A DNA stretch of 63,964 nt, filler included, from Octopus bimaculoides (GCF_001194135.2; 6 parts of 5 records of this genome joined end to end with filler, not necessarily neighbours in it); one strand, 5' to 3'; shown: positions 12,954-27,890, counted from the first letter of the whole stretch. Notes: generated from the letters alone by a model not told the origin. Translations and numbers: made by a program.

Positions 12954-13580
12954 AACACAGAAAGAAACAAGGAGAGAAAAAAATATATAAATGTAGTGGT
13001 CAGCGATCTATCATGGTGAATATATATATATATATACATGATATGCACATGTGTGTGTGTGTGTATAAATACATATATATTACTTGTTCATATACATTTT
13101 AATCAGTCTGTCCTCCCACCTTTCCAAATTCTTAACTCTTACATAAATTATCTCCAGTACACATAACCTCATTAAGTAAGCCTGAATTAACATTAAGAAA
13201 AAAATTATACTCACACTCTGTCTCCAAATTGTTGAAGATCAACGACATNNNNNNNNNNNNNNNNNNNNNNNNNNNNNNNNNNNNNNNNNNNNTTAATTAA
13301 TTAANNNNNNNNNNNNNNNNNNNNNNNNNNNNNNNNNNNNNNNNNNNNCCAAATTAGATTGGAGCCTGGTGTAGCCATCCGGTTGCACCAGTCCTCAGTC
13401 AAATCGTCCAACCCATGGTAGCATGGAAAGCAGACGTTAAACGATGATGATGATGGTGATGATGATATATATATATATATATATATATATGTAAATATAT
13501 ATATGTATGTGTGTGTGTGTGTGTGTGTGTGCATGTGTGTGTGTGTATATATATGTGTGTGTGTGTGCGTGTGTGTGTGC

Positions 13581-13615
<35 letters not shown>

Positions 13616-13624
13616 GATATATAG

Positions 13625-13658
<34 letters not shown>

Positions 13659-14139
13659 ATATGTTACTGCCATCATAGATGAGTCAATGTCCTTTCTCTC
13701 TCATATGTTTTCTTTCTTGCAAGGATTCTATGCCTAGATACCCTTCTTACCATTAATCTCTCTTTACAAAGTAGTGTATATACCAGAAGGCCATCTCATT
13801 TCTATTAAGTCTCAAGAGAGTTCTTACTTTCCTGTGTCGGCCCCATTAGTTGTTGCTTAGGTCTGTATCATTTATCATTGATGGTTGAAGACACTTAAAC
13901 CATGACCATTACCTCTTAATTTTTTTGCAGCACTAATATATCTCAAACTACACTTTCTGATGTATTCTATTTTGAGGATTGGGTATGACTTCGAAGGGAT
14001 ATTAGCTGCTACTTTTAGTAGGTCAAGCAACAATGTTGTGTTTCTTTTATGTATAGTTAGATATTGTGTTTTGTTTTTATTAATGCCAACAAATATATGT
14101 ATATACGTATGCATGTATGTATGTATACATGTATGTATG

Positions 14140-14208
<69 letters not shown>

Positions 14209-14314
14209 TAGATAGATAGATAGGTAGGTAGATGGATAATGTATGCATGTTTATATATATATATACATACACACACACATATACATATGTGTGTGTATAT
14301 ATAAACATACATAC

Positions 14315-14365
<51 letters not shown>

Positions 14366-14397
14366 GAATTGACACCTGTACATCTTTGTTATGCATG

Positions 14398-14500
<103 letters not shown>

Positions 14501-14628
14501 TATATACATACACGTGTATAAAGTGCTTGTGCCTCCATTAATAAACAGAAAGAGAGAGAGAGAGAGAAAGAGAGTGAGGTCTTTTATTAAATGCAATCTT
14601 ACCATTTATCTTTGAAAGGTTGTCTTAC

Positions 14629-14661
14629 TTTATAAAAGAAAGGATTCTCAATGAAAATTTC
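14629..14661 (-). CDS. Candidate orphan gene 33-nt exon
   Basis: Weak acceptor aatccaattag and donor AAA|gtaaga. Phase 0 to 0: EIFIENPFFYK. Can be skipped without a frameshift. Confidence 0.35.
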
Positions 14662-15343
14662 CTAATTGGATTTTGGCAAATATGATATCAAACTCTACTA
14701 AAATAGAAAGAAAGAAAGAAAATGAGCAACAAAAATTACTACCACACCACTACCACCACCACCAGGGCCTATACCAATATCTGCAACAATAGAACTAGCA
14801 TGAATAACAAGAACAATAACAAAGTACTGCATTAACCTGAGAATAGCAACAGACATGGACTCAAGTGTGGCTGGCTGTGTGGTCAACATATCCACTTGGC
14901 TGTCCCCTATTCCAGGTTAGATCCTGCAAGGCATCGTTTTGTGGAAATATCTTCAGCCCCTACATTTTGTGCGTGTAATATTTCAAAGAATGAAGTGGTG
15001 AGGTGACAGAATCATTAGCATGCCGGCCAAAATGCTTAGCGGTATTTCATCTGTCTTTACATTTCGAATTTAAATTCCACTGAGGTCCACTTTGGCTTTC
15101 ATTCTTTCAGGGTCAATAAAATAAGTACCAGTTGAGTACTGGGGTTGATGTTAACAATATGCCATCTCCCCTGACGTTTGGCCTTGTGCCAAATTTGAAA
15201 CCAGTATCTCAAAGAATGTTAAGGCAGTGAGCTGGTAGAATCGTTAACATGCCGGCCAAAATGCTTAGAGGTATTTTGTTCATCTTTACATTCTGAGTTC
15301 AAATTTTACCTAAATTTGAATCCAATATTTTATAGAATTAAGA

Positions 15344-15662
15344 GGCACTTGGCTTAATGGTTAGAGCAGCAGACTCGCAGTTGAGGGATCATGGGTTCGA
15401 ATCTCAGGCCGGGCAATGCATGCATTTATGAGTGAAACACCTAAGTTCCACGCGACTCTGGCAGAAGATAATGGCAAACTTCTGCTGACTCTTTCGCCAC
15501 AACTTTCTCTCACTCTTTCCTCTTGCATCTAGCAGCTCACCTGTGGTGGACCGGTGTTCCATCCATCGCGGAACCTATACACCAATGAAACTGGGAAACC
15601 AGAAACCAGCCCTTATGAGCCAAGCATGGCTCAAGAAGAAACAAACAACAACAACAACAACA
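15344..15662 (+). mobile_element. tRNA-derived SINE (family C here)
   Basis: A-box tggcttaatggttagagc, B-box gggttcgaatctc, (AAC)n tail. The 5' half is shared with 29589-29971. Confidence 0.7.
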
Positions 15663-16871
15663 TTTTAAAGAATTTTTTGTAGTATTTGACCTGGTTCTTT
15701 GCACACCAAGTTCAAATTACATCTGGGTCAACTTTACTTTTTGTCCATTTTTTGAGGAATTATAAAGTCCAGAATAGGACAAAGGATAAAGAAACTTCCT
15801 GAGTTACATAGACTCATAGGATCAGCTTCCCAGGTTCTGTGGCATATATATTCCCCCACTGGATGGGACACTGATCCATCATAGAATTACTCATTTTTGT
15901 CAGCTCAGTGGACCGGAGCAACATAAAATGAAGTGTTTTCCTCAAACACACGACACATCACCCAGTCTGGGAATTGAAACCACAATTTTATGATCATGAG
16001 ACCAACACCCTAACCATTAAGCCATGCACCTCCACTACAGGTAAAGAATACATCAAAAATACCTCTCACGTTTTAGAAATTGACAAGCATTTCACAAGCA
16101 AGCACACCATATGCATCCAGTCAAATTACAATTCCAACCACAAATACAATAATACAATATTGACTACCTGTAGACATTCTAATTAGTTATCACCAAATAA
16201 TTATCTTTAATGCTGTAACACAAATAGCCTTGTAAAATATGGGACAGTTTTTGTTCTACCCTGGACTTTATATAAAGAGAAGTAGCAATTTGCTGTACTT
16301 TATAAGATGCGTCAAGCTATGTAAAATCACTTTCTTCCACACATACAGGTGTGTCCTTTCAGGTGTCGGGACCACATAAAAAGCACTTGAGCTGGTGCTG
16401 TATAAACACCTTGTGCCGGTGCTAGGCAAATGTATTTATCGTCGGTGGCACATGAAAAGCACACAGCTCGCTCTGTTAAGTGGTTGACATCAGGAAAGGC
16501 ACCCACCTGTAGAAACTATATTACAACAGACAATTGGAGTCTAGACAGTTCCCACCTGGTCAGCTCCATGTCAAACCATCCAACCCATGCCAGCATGAGA
16601 AGTGAAGGTTAACCATGCCAGCATATATATATAAATTAAACAATAGGGTAAAAAATTGGATATTAATTAATATATTAATATCAATTTAATACCAGGGAAC
16701 ATGCACATTAAAAGAATCAGGGAGATTCAGAAAAAATATCTGAGGTCTCAAATGATTATTGTATATGTATCTATAAAAATATATATATAAGAGAGGCCAC
16801 TAGGTGGACTGGTAATGTGCTAGAAGAAGATCACATGTCATGCGTCTACTAAGACCACATATATATATATT

Positions 16872-17100
16872 TATTGGGTTGTCCGGAAAGTTTGTGCCGA
16901 ATTTTAAAGGAAAGAAAAAGGTCAATAAATACTTGCCATTACATTTTTAATCAACCAAATATGAACCATTTTGTTTCACAATGCATCTCCTTCTTTCCTT
17001 TAACTTGAAAATACCCTCTTCCCAGAATTGAGGTGGTTTCATAGCAAATAAGTCAAAAGGTAAGCCACTATAAATCGGTACAAACTTTCCGGACAACATA

Positions 17101-17103
<3 letters not shown>
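16872..17103. mobile_element. Mariner-type MITE, about 232 bp
   Basis: TIRs tattgggttgtccggaaagtt / aactttccggacaac(a)taata. Second copy at 27891-28122. Confidence 0.8.
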
Positions 17104-17176
<73 letters not shown>

Positions 17177-18254
17177 TTATTATCATCATTGTCATTTAGC
17201 CTCTACTTCTCATGCTGGCATGGGTTGGACGGTTTGACATGGAGCTGACCATTATCAGTTGCACATGCATATTGTATGTGTTTTGTTTGTACACCAAATT
17301 TGTTGTGGGATAGCATCCAGGGGAAGTTCCCACAGAAAATTTGGTGCATAAATGAAACACATACATTGTGTACAAGTTACCTATAATGCTTACATTACTA
17401 GAGATACTCTTAATTCTTAATGTGTGTGTATTTATGTGTGTTTGTTTGTGTCTGTATTTGTGTATGTGTTTGTGTGTGTGTGTGTGTGTGTTTGTGTGTG
17501 TGTTTGTGTCTGACTGTACTTGTGTGTGTGTTTTTGTGTGTGTGTGTGTGTGTGTGTGCGTGTATGTGTTTTCTGTGTGTGTGTGTATATGTGTTTGTGT
17601 GTGTATGTGTGTGTGTATCTGTATTTGTGGATGTGTGTGTATGTGTCAGTCTGCGTATATGTGTTTGTGTGTGTGCGTGTGTGTGCGCATGCATGTGCAT
17701 GTCTTTGTAGTTGTGTTTGTCCCCCAACATTGTTCAGCAACTAGCATTGATTTGTTTTCATCCTCATAACTTAGTGGTTCAACAAAAAAAACTGATAGAA
17801 TAAGTTTCAGGCTTTAAAAATATATACTATATACTGGCATTGAATTTTCTCAACTTAACCAATCAAGGTGGTACCCCAGCATGGCCACATCCAATGATTG
17901 AAACAAGTAAAAGATGAAAAGATGAAATATATATATATATATATGTGTGTGTATTTTATTTTTTATTTATGTATTTCAGCCAAGTGGCTGCGGTCATGCT
18001 GGTGCAATATATATAAATATAATCATCATCATTATCATCATCATTGTTTCATATATATACAGCTATAAATATGCACATCCACACATATATACATATACGT
18101 GTGTATATATACACATACAGATATGTACATATATACGTATATATATATATATATATACATACATGCACATATGTACCTATATACATATATATATACATAT
18201 ACACACAAATGTGTATGTATGCATGTAAATATGTAAATATATATATGCATCCAA

Positions 18255-18288
<34 letters not shown>

Positions 18289-18586
18289 GCATGAGTGTGA
18301 ATTAGAAAGACAGAGTGTGTCTGTGCATGTGTGCATGTGTGAGTGTAGTGTGTGTGTGTGTTTGAGAGAGAGAGGGAGAGAGATGGAGAGAGAGGGAGAG
18401 AACATCATCCATAATACCTTCAAATGAGTTCAATCTTCTTCACAGCAAAAACGTCTTCTCTTCCATCATTTTAAGTAGATTATAGAGAGTATTGGTTTCC
18501 ATACTTACGTTGGACACAACTCCAGTTGTCCATCACAATAGAAAGTGGTGATAAAGAGAGATAGAGAAAGAAAAAGAGACACAGAA

Positions 18587-18627
<41 letters not shown>

Positions 18628-19208
18628 GAGAAACAGAGAAACAGAGAGAAAGTCATTGAGAAAAAGAAACGAAGAGAGACAGACTGACAGAGAAANNNNN
18701 NNNNNNNNNNNNNNNNNNNNNNNNNNNNNNNNNNNNNNNNNNNNNNNNNNNNNNNNNNNNNNNNNNNNNNNNNNNNNNNNNNNNNNNNNNNNNNNNNNNN
18801 NNNNNNNNNNNNNNNNNNNNNNNNNNNNNNNNNNNNNNNNNNNNNNNNNNNNNNNNNNNNNNNNNNNNNNNNNNNNNNNNNNNNNNNNNNNNNNNNNNNN
18901 NNNNNNNNNNNNNNNNNNNNNNNNNNNNNNNNNNNNNNNNNNNNNNNNNNNNNNNNNNNNNNNNNNNNNNNNNNNNNNNNNNNNNNNNNNNNNNNNNNNN
19001 NNNNNNNNNNNNNNNNNNNNNNNNNNNNNNNNNNNNNNNNNNNNNGTGTGTGTGTGTGCATACGTGTGTGTGTGTGTTTCTTTTCTTTTTCGCTGCTTTC
19101 TTTTTTTTTTGTTCGCTTCATGGTAACAAAATTGTGAGATGGTAGGTGAAGAAACTCTATTTAATTGTTGCTAAGAAAATCATTGGGCAAAATGTAAGCC
19201 AGTGCAAA

Positions 19209-19315
<107 letters not shown>

Positions 19316-19625
19316 GACAGACAGACATATATACATATATATGAAAACATGTATATTATATATATTATATCTATTTGTATGTATACATATATATATATAT
19401 ATATACAAACACACATATATGTATGAATGTGTGTGTATATATATGCATGTGCATTTATATATACATATATTTACATATGTATATAAACAGAAACATATAT
19501 ACAGATATAAATAGATGTGTGTGTGTGTGTGTATTTATATTAGATACATATATGACATACATATATACATTTGTGTGTATGTATATATGTATATATGTAT
19601 ATACATATATATATGCATGTGTGTG

Positions 19626-19708
<83 letters not shown>

Positions 19709-19926
19709 NNNNNNNNNNNNNNNNNNNNNNNNNNNNNNNNNNNNNNNNNNNNNNNNNNNNNNNNNNNNNNNNNNNNNNNNNNNNNNNNNNNNNNNNNNNN
19801 NNNNNNNNNNNNNNNNNNNNNNNNNNNNNNNNNNNNNNNNNNNNNNNNNNNNNNNNNNNNNNNNNNNNNNNNNNNNNNNNNNNNNNNNNNNNNNNNNNNN
19901 NNNNNNNNNNNNNNNNNNNNNNNNNN

Positions 19927-19957
<31 letters not shown>

Positions 19958-20228
19958 ATATGCTTGTATGTATTGTATGTATAAAGTTGATGATTCACAT
20001 TGTTGTTATTCAGAGTTCTTTGGGGTCTTTTTTTTTTTACATTTAGAGTGAAAGTGTGAATCATTAGTTTCATACAATTAAATTGCTACATGTAGTGAGT
20101 TTTAAAGGAATTCTTGGCCAGACCAATGTAAGTACTGAGAGTAGCTTTATTGTTAGGCTGGACGTTAGTACAATGATGTGAGCCAGAATTGTTTCGATAA
20201 CTTGTGTTAAATTTCCTTTTGGGCTTAC

Positions 20229-20283
20229 ATAAATGTACAGAGTTAAACTATAATCTTTAAACTCTTCCCTTTGGAAATTTAAA
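20229..20283 (-). CDS. Candidate orphan gene exon
   Basis: Acceptor ctttacatttacatcag and donor AT|gtaagc. 55 nt, phase 2 to 0: LNFQREEFKDYSLTLYIY. Confidence 0.55.
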
Positions 20284-20420
20284 CTGATGTAAATGTAAAG
20301 TGTTATTCTCTTTTTAGTCAGGAAAAATGAAGGAGATTGCCTTGCATATTTTATAGTTTCTTCACCACATGTTAGAAGGAGAATATCACTCATAGTTTTT
20401 TTTTAACACATACACACATG

Positions 20421-21208
20421 TACGAGGTGGTATCAAAAAGTTCCTTGACTAGTTCTGTAGCATGCCAACAGATGGCAGCACATAGTTGCATGCACAGTGA
20501 GAGCTAGTAGTGACATGAAATTTTTCATTAAACTTGGTGTGTCTGCTACAGGAATATTGACCATGCTTTAGCAAGCTTACAACGACAAGGCAGCAGGTCA
20601 TACGCAATGTTGCAAGTGCCACAGATTCTTCAAAAGTAGAAGAACACCCTGGAAGACAGTGGGCGTGATGAATGAGTGTCACCCCTGGAAATGTGGTATT
20701 GTGCATCGAGAATTCATCCCCCAGGGCCAAACCATCACTCGAGAATTCTACTGCAACATTTGAATTGTTTGAGAGAGGACATTCGGTGAATGCAACCAGA
20801 TCTGTGGAGCACAAAGAATTGGCTTCTTCATGACAGCAATGCACCCTGTCACCCAGCTCTCCTCACTCATAAATTTCTTGCCAAAAACAACATGTTATCG
20901 CTTCTCTACCCATCCTATTTGCCAGATTTAGCTCCAGCAGACTTCCATCTCTTCCCCAAGATGAAAAGGCAGCCCAACAGTCACCATTTTAACACCGTTG
21001 TTGAGATCAAAAGTGAATTGCAGAAGGTCCTCGAATTGCTTATAGAAAACAACTTCCAGGCTGGATTCCAAAAGTGGCAGGAACACTGGAACTGGTGTAA
21101 TTGCTGTGCAAGGTGACTATTTCGAAGGAGATGATGTTAAAACCTAGGTAAATAGGTTATTTTTTATTAAGCATAACTAGTCTGGGAACTTCTTGATACC
21201 ACCTCATA
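20421..21208 (+). mobile_element. Internally deleted mariner transposon with both TIRs
   Basis: TIRs tacgaggtggtatcaaaaagttcc..gactagtt and aactagtctgggaacttcttgataccacctcata. Transposase C-terminus WLLHDSNAPCH...YLPDLAPADFHLFPKMK (YSPDLAPSD-like). Confidence 0.9.
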
Positions 21209-21489
21209 AGAACTACTGTTTCTGTATCATTTTTGTCCACTTTAACTAAAAACTATATTGTATAGCAAACTTCCAAATTGTCTCCATTGCATCCTGCAAA
21301 CTAGTCAGCTGTGAGAAGCAGTGTTTTGCCTTCAATCTGGAATAACAAAAGGTGGCAGGTCAGCTTATTTGTTGTATAGTAACGATATACTAAAATTTCA
21401 ATAATCTAAAAACATTATAACCACCTTTCCTAAACGAAAAGTTTCATATTCGTTTTGAAACATATGTAGCTCAGTTATAACTTCTCCAT

Positions 21490-22155
21490 TTCTTATACCC
21501 ATCAATATATATAATTATATATATAGAAACCTGGTTTCGGGCATTAGCAAATGGGTGTTTAAACTCTTGGCCAACATGGAGATATTTAAAAGGGCCATCC
21601 CCAACTACAATGATGATTTGGCTTGGAGTGGATTTTCTGAGAAGCTTACATATGTATATGGACCCCAAACTCCCTCTATTCACCCTAAGAGAATTAGGAA
21701 AAGGAAAATAATCTGGTATAACCCACCCACCCCATTTAAACTGGAAGTTTCTACCGATGTAGCTAGGGGCTTCCTGTCTTTAATAAACATTTCCCCAGAG
21801 GCCATAAATATTACAAACTCTTCAACTGCCATAATGTCAAAGAAAGCTACTCCTGCTTAGACAGCATCGCATTTAACATTGCACACATCAACAGACGTCG
21901 AAATGGACCCACACAACCCCCAACCCCAACCTGCAACTTCCAAGATCCTACTATCTGCCCTCTAGAATGATCCTGCCTCTCAAGGGCTGTAGTATCCAAA
22001 ACCACCCTTACACCATCCGATAGCATTACTAGGCACTACATGGGCATGACAGCCATTGACTTCATGAGAAGATATTCCCAGCACTTGCAGTCATTTAGAT
22101 CCAGGGACAGAGAGAACTCTACTTCTCTGCTGCACTTTCTCTGGAGACTTTGTGA
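21490..22155 (+). mobile_element. Penelope-like element relic (RT C-terminus to GIY-YIG endonuclease)
   Basis: KRAIPNYNDDLAWSGF...RKRKIIWYNPP motif, then C...CPL..CL and HYMGMTAIDFMRRYSQHLQSFR (YIG-T...F..R...H). Frameshifted. Confidence 0.75.
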
Positions 22156-22199
22156 CCTCTGAGATGAAACACCCAGTATCAAGTGGACTATTATTGACA

Positions 22200-23095
22200 G
22201 GGTGTCACCATATTCAAAGAAACGAAGCCAGTATGCTCCGATGGATGTGTAATGCCAGTGTGCTTACTCAACAGAGTGTAAGTACCTTGAGAGAAAAGTT
22301 AGATCTAAGAAGCATCAGTTGTGGTGTGCAAGAGAGACGATTGCGCTGGTATGGACATGTGGCAAGAATGGATGAGGATAGCTGTGTGAAAAAGTGCCAC
22401 ACCCTAGCAGTTGAGGGAACCTGTGGAAGAGGTAGACCCAGGAAGACCTGAGATGAGGTGGTGAAGCACGACCTTCGAACTTTAGTCCTCACTGAGGCAA
22501 TGACTAGTGACCGGGACCTTTGGAAATATGCAGTACATGAGAAGACCCGACAAGCCAAGTGAGTGCATAATCGATGGCTTCTGCCAGAAGTGTAGCCAGC
22601 TCACTTATTTGTATCTTTACTTCATTGGACACTAAACTCTGCTTGCAAAGACCTGTTGAGGCAAGTGAATTGAAATTGAAATCGAAATCAAACCAAATTC
22701 GATGACTGGCACCCATGCCAACCTTTCCTTCATTGGACACTAATCTCTGCTTGAGAAGACCTGTTGGGGCAAGTGAAATCGAAATCATAATTCAACCATA
22801 TTCGATGACTGGCACCTGTGCCAGAGGAGCACTGACAGCACCGTCCGAGCATGATCATTGCCAGAGCAGCTGTCTGGCTTCCGTGCTAGTGGCATGTAAA
22901 TATCACCATTTGAGTGTGATCGTTACCAGTGTTGCCTAACTGGCACTTGTGCCGGAGGGTATCCAGCTGTAGAAACTCTGCCAGAGCACACTGGAGCCTG
23001 GTGCAGCCATCCAGTTCACTAGTCCTCAGTCAAATCGTCCAACCCATGCTAGCATGGAAGGCAAACGTTAAACGATAATAATGATGATGATGATA
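22200..23095 (+). mobile_element. 5'-truncated RTE-clade LINE (ORF C-terminus plus 3' UTR)
   Basis: MLRWMCN...LREKL...ERRLRWYGHVARMDED...VEG..GRGRPRKTW is the typical RTE C-terminus. Ends in a (GAT)n tail. Confidence 0.9.
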
Positions 23096-23128
23096 TATAT
23101 GCACATATACATATATGTATACATGTGT

Positions 23129-23163
<35 letters not shown>

Positions 23164-23250
23164 TATATGTATATATAGGTATGTATATATGCATATATCT
23201 ATATATATGTATATATATGTGTATATATGTATATGTATATGTGTATATAA

Positions 23251-23383
<133 letters not shown>

Positions 23384-23456
23384 TATATGTCTGTATGTAT
23401 CTAGATGAACAACTAGATTAGTGTTAGGAAGGTCCAAGACTCTCTCTCTCTCTCTT

Positions 23457-23489
<33 letters not shown>

Positions 23490-23711
23490 ATTCATATATA
23501 TTTATATATATATGTATACATATATACGTTTATATATTTATAAATATCTATATCTATCTATCTATCTATACATACACATTAATATATATATAATATATAT
23601 GTATATGTATATTGTTGTAGTTGGAATTTATTCCATCCCATTCTGGAAATATTATTATTCCATATGATTTGATTAATTTGACAAAACTCAGCACGACCTT
23701 TGACACAATAC

Positions 23712-23744
23712 CGAATCAGTAGATATAAATTAAAAGATAACTTT
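23712..23744 (-). CDS. Candidate orphan gene 33-nt exon
   Basis: Very strong acceptor ttttttgtttttcttcctcag and donor CG|gtattg. Phase 2 to 2: (L)KLSFNLYLLI(R). Confidence 0.45.
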
Positions 23745-23965
23745 CTGAGGAAGAAAAACAAAAAAACCAAGAAATTCAGAATAAATTTGCTCCTAATCAC
23801 AATGTGTGTTTGCCTTTAATTTCATTATTCTATGATACATATTCTTATATATTTACATATAGACACAGACGCACACATGCACGAACTAATGCATTGTACA
23901 CTCACGCACACTCTGACATTCATATATGTGTGTGTAAGTGTTACATACACATATATGTATGTCTG

Positions 23966-24088
<123 letters not shown>

Positions 24089-24390
24089 CACATACATGTG
24101 TATGTATATATATATATATACATATATGTATATCTATCTTTATGTCTATGTGTGAGTGTGTGTGAGTGTGTGTGAGTGCATGTATTTATGTATGTATGTA
24201 TGTATATGTGTGTGTGTGCATGTGTGGAGAGAGAGTGAGAGAGAAAGGGAGAGAGGAGAAAGATATAAGATAGATAGTTATGGATATACATTATTCTTAT
24301 ATGCATGTATATATATATATGTGTGTATATAAGTACATCTAAACGCACACACATATCTGCATACATACACACATATTCCTAAATAGATGA

Positions 24391-24436
<46 letters not shown>

Positions 24437-24614
24437 ATATCTGTGTGTGTGTGTGTGTGTATGCAGATATATGCATGCGTGTATGTATATGTATGTGTAT
24501 ACACACGCCCACATGTACATAGATACACATACACACCAATGCACCTTCACACACACGCTCTCTTGAACACATGCACATACACATACAAACACAGACACAT
24601 ACACACATACTCAC

Positions 24615-24671
<57 letters not shown>

Positions 24672-24959
24672 CAACATGTAACATGGATTGTTTTAGATCT
24701 ATTCACTTTTCATTACCAGTTTCGGAAAATATCAGAATCTCCTATTTAGGCATTGAATAAATGAATAATTATCATTATCGTTATCGCTGAGAGGCCATCA
24801 CTTGTTTAGCGGCATGGCACGCAAGAAGGCCGTATAATTATTTCTCGGCTTGGCTCCTGTGGTTGATATTAACAGGCGATAAGCTCACTACATTGTAAGA
24901 TCAGCAGCTTTAATCAGCAAGATTAGAATGACAGCCAGGGTTGGTGAAGGCAAATAGTT

Positions 24960-25870
24960 GGTGACAATGATGATGATGGTCACGATGATGGTGACAAGGA
25001 GGAAGAAGACGGGAAGAAGAAAGGAAAAAAGAAAGGAAGAAAGAAAGGAAGGAAGAAAGAAGGATTGCGGTAGTGGAGGTGTTTAGAGAAGGGATATAGT
25101 GAGGTGAGATAAGTTGATGATGAAGACAAAGGCAATGGAAACGATGACTACATTGATGAGGAGGAAAAGGAGTACAACAATGATGATGATGAGGAGGAGG
25201 AGGAGGACGATGACGACGATGATGATAACAGTGACAATGATGATGACAACGATGATGACGATGATGATGATGACAACGATGATGACGATGATGATGATGA
25301 TGATGATGATTTTGATGATGATGATGATGATGATGATGCAGGCAACAAAAATTGTGATGCAGACAACACNNNNNNNNNNNNNNNNNNNNNNNNNNNNNNN
25401 NNNNNNNNNNNNNNNNNNNNNNNNNNNNNNNNNNNNNNNNNNNNNNNNNNNNNNNNNNNNNNNNNNNNNNNNNNNNNNNNNNNNNNNNNNNNNNNNNNNN
25501 NNNNNNNNNNNNNNNNNNNNNNNNNNNNNNNNNNNNNNNNNNNNNNNNNNNNNNNNNNNNNNNNNNNNNNNNNNNNNNNNNNNNNNNNNNNNNNNNNNNN
25601 NNNNNNNNNNNNNNNNNNNNNNNNNNNNNNNNNNGGAGGAGGAAAAAGAAGGGGAGGAGGAGGAGGAAAAAGAAGAGGAGGAGGAAAAGAAGAAGAGGAG
25701 GAGGAGGAGGAAAAAGAAGGGGAAGAAGAAGAGGAAGAGGAAGGAGGGGAAGAAGAAGGAGGGGAAGAAGAAGAGGAAGAGGAAGAAGAAGAAGGACGAA
25801 AAGATTAAGAGACACAGCAAGGAAAAACAAACGGATGAAGGACAAAGCACTGGATGGAGAAGATGAAGGA
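24960..25870. repeat. Compound (GAT)n/(GAG)n/(GAA)n microsatellite spanning a gap
   Basis: Directly visible. Confidence 0.9.
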
Positions 25871-26731
25871 CAAAGATGATTGGAAAGGAAAAAATTCTTT
25901 GCAGACACAAACATCACGACCATAATCATCGTTATCATCATCATCATCATCACCATCCTCGTACTCATTTCAATGATGTCAGTAAAAGAAAAAAGAAAAA
26001 AAACCCGAGATGATTAAAACAAAGAAATTCTTGTTAAAAAGATAGGAAAATATGAAGGGCAAAAGACAACTCCAAAATCACATCCAGAGACACATCAATA
26101 AATTATAATATCCTATCAATATTACCACAGCAGACATTACAGTTAAAATCAATAAAATGATATACGGTGGGTTGTGGTATGAGGAGAATCTAGAAATTAA
26201 ATCAAATTTAGAAATATATTTCAATATATATATTTTCATATGTATTATCAATTCCTATATTTGTGTTACTTTTCTACATTTTGGGGGGGGGGGGGTTGTG
26301 TGTGTTTTTTTTTCTTCTTTTCTGTATTCTATTGATGACATCTGATATTCAAATGAGACAGATTTTTTAAAGTTCTGTGGTCTTCAAAGATGGCATGTTG
26401 TTGTTGTTGTTGTTGCTGTTGTTAGTCATATGGAATTTTTAACAGATCTTCGTTCTAGATTGGCCCCAGTTAATAGATAAAAAATAAAAATAATGATAAT
26501 AATAATAATAATTCAAATGTGAATCAACGTGTTGAGTGTTGAATTTTTTGTTGTACAGACATGTGTTCCAAAGATTCATATGTTCTTATCTTGATATGTA
26601 TCTTCCTACACATGAACAAGTGCTAAAAAAAATGCAGATGTATGTATGTATGTATGTATGTATGTATGTATGTATGTATGCATGCATGTCTATATACACA
26701 CACCTGTTGATGCATGTATAAAATACATACA

Positions 26732-26951
26732 TACTCTTTACTCTTTTACTTGTTTCAGTCATTTGACTGCGGCCATACTGGAGCACCGCCTTTATAGTCG
26801 AGCAAATCGACCCCAGGACTTATCCTTTGTAATCCCAGTACTTATTCTATCGGTCTCTTTTGCCAAACCACTAAGTTACAGGGACATAAACACACCAGCA
26901 TCGGTTGTCAAGCAATGCTGGGGGGACAAACAGACACACAAACACACACAT

Positions 26952-26984
<33 letters not shown>
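26732..26984 (-). mobile_element. tRNA-derived SINE (family A here), 3' half
   Basis: Reverse complement of the 3' half of 35419-35840. Confidence 0.75.
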
Positions 26985-27890
26985 NNNNNNNNNNNNNNNN
27001 NNNNNNNNNNNNNNNNNNNNNNNNNNNNNNNNNNNNNNNNNNNNNNNNNNNNNNNNNNNNNNNNNNNNNNNNNNNNNNNNNNNNNNNNNNNNNNNNNNNN
27101 NNNNNNNNNNNNNNNNNNNNNNNNNNNNNNNNNNNNNNNNNNNNNNNNNNNNNNNNNNNNNNNNNNNNNNNNNNNNNNNNNNNNNNNNNNNNNNNNNNNN
27201 NNNNNNNNNNNNNNNNNNNNNNNNNNNNNNNNNNNNNNNNNNNNNNNNNNNNNNNNNNNNNNNNNNNNNNNNNNNNNNNNNNNNNNNNNNNNNNNNNNNN
27301 NNNNNNNNNNNNNNNNNNNNNNNNNNNNNNNNNNNNNNNNNNNNNNNNNNNNNNNNNNNNNNNNNNNNNNNNNNNNNNNNNNNNNNNNNNNNNNNNNNNN
27401 NNNNNNNNNNNNNNNNNNNNNNNNNNNNNNNNNNNNNNNNNNNNNNNNNNNNNNNNNNNNNNNNNNNNNNNNNNNNNNNNNNNNNNNNNNNNNNNNNNNN
27501 NNNNNNNNNNNNNNNNNNNNNNNNNNNNNNNNNNNNNNNNNNNNNNNNNNNNNNNNNNNNNNNNNNNNNNNNNNNNNNNNNNNNNNNNNNNNNNNNNNNN
27601 NNNNNNNNNNNNNNNNNNNNNNNNNNNNNNNNNNNNNNNNNNNNNNNNNNNNNNNNNNNNNNNNNNNNNNNNNCATGTATGTATGTAGGTATGTACATAT
27701 ATATATGTATGGATATATGCATATATTTATATATTATTTATATTATTATATGATTGAATGTTTTACCTTAATAATTACAATGTGCACTCTTCTACTATCT
27801 CTTCTCTGTCTATCTCTCTCCTCCTTGTTTCGAATGGATAATACTTTGAATCCGGTAAAAGTGTAAACCTGTAAAACTAAGAGAATAAAA

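Noticed and set aside
15344-15420. tRNA gene candidates at SINE heads
   Set aside because: A/B boxes are present but there is no complete cloverleaf, and they continue into SINE bodies.
18498-18530. Perfect minus-strand donor AC|gtaagt
   Set aside because: No usable acceptor (only GAG 11 nt upstream) and the phase is incompatible.
27759-27869. Strong minus-strand acceptor with an open phase-0 frame (VYTFTGFKVLSIRNKEERDR...)
   Set aside because: The phase does not fit its neighbours and half is (GA)-type low complexity. A 24-nt phase 2-2 micro-exon remains possible but is unsupported.
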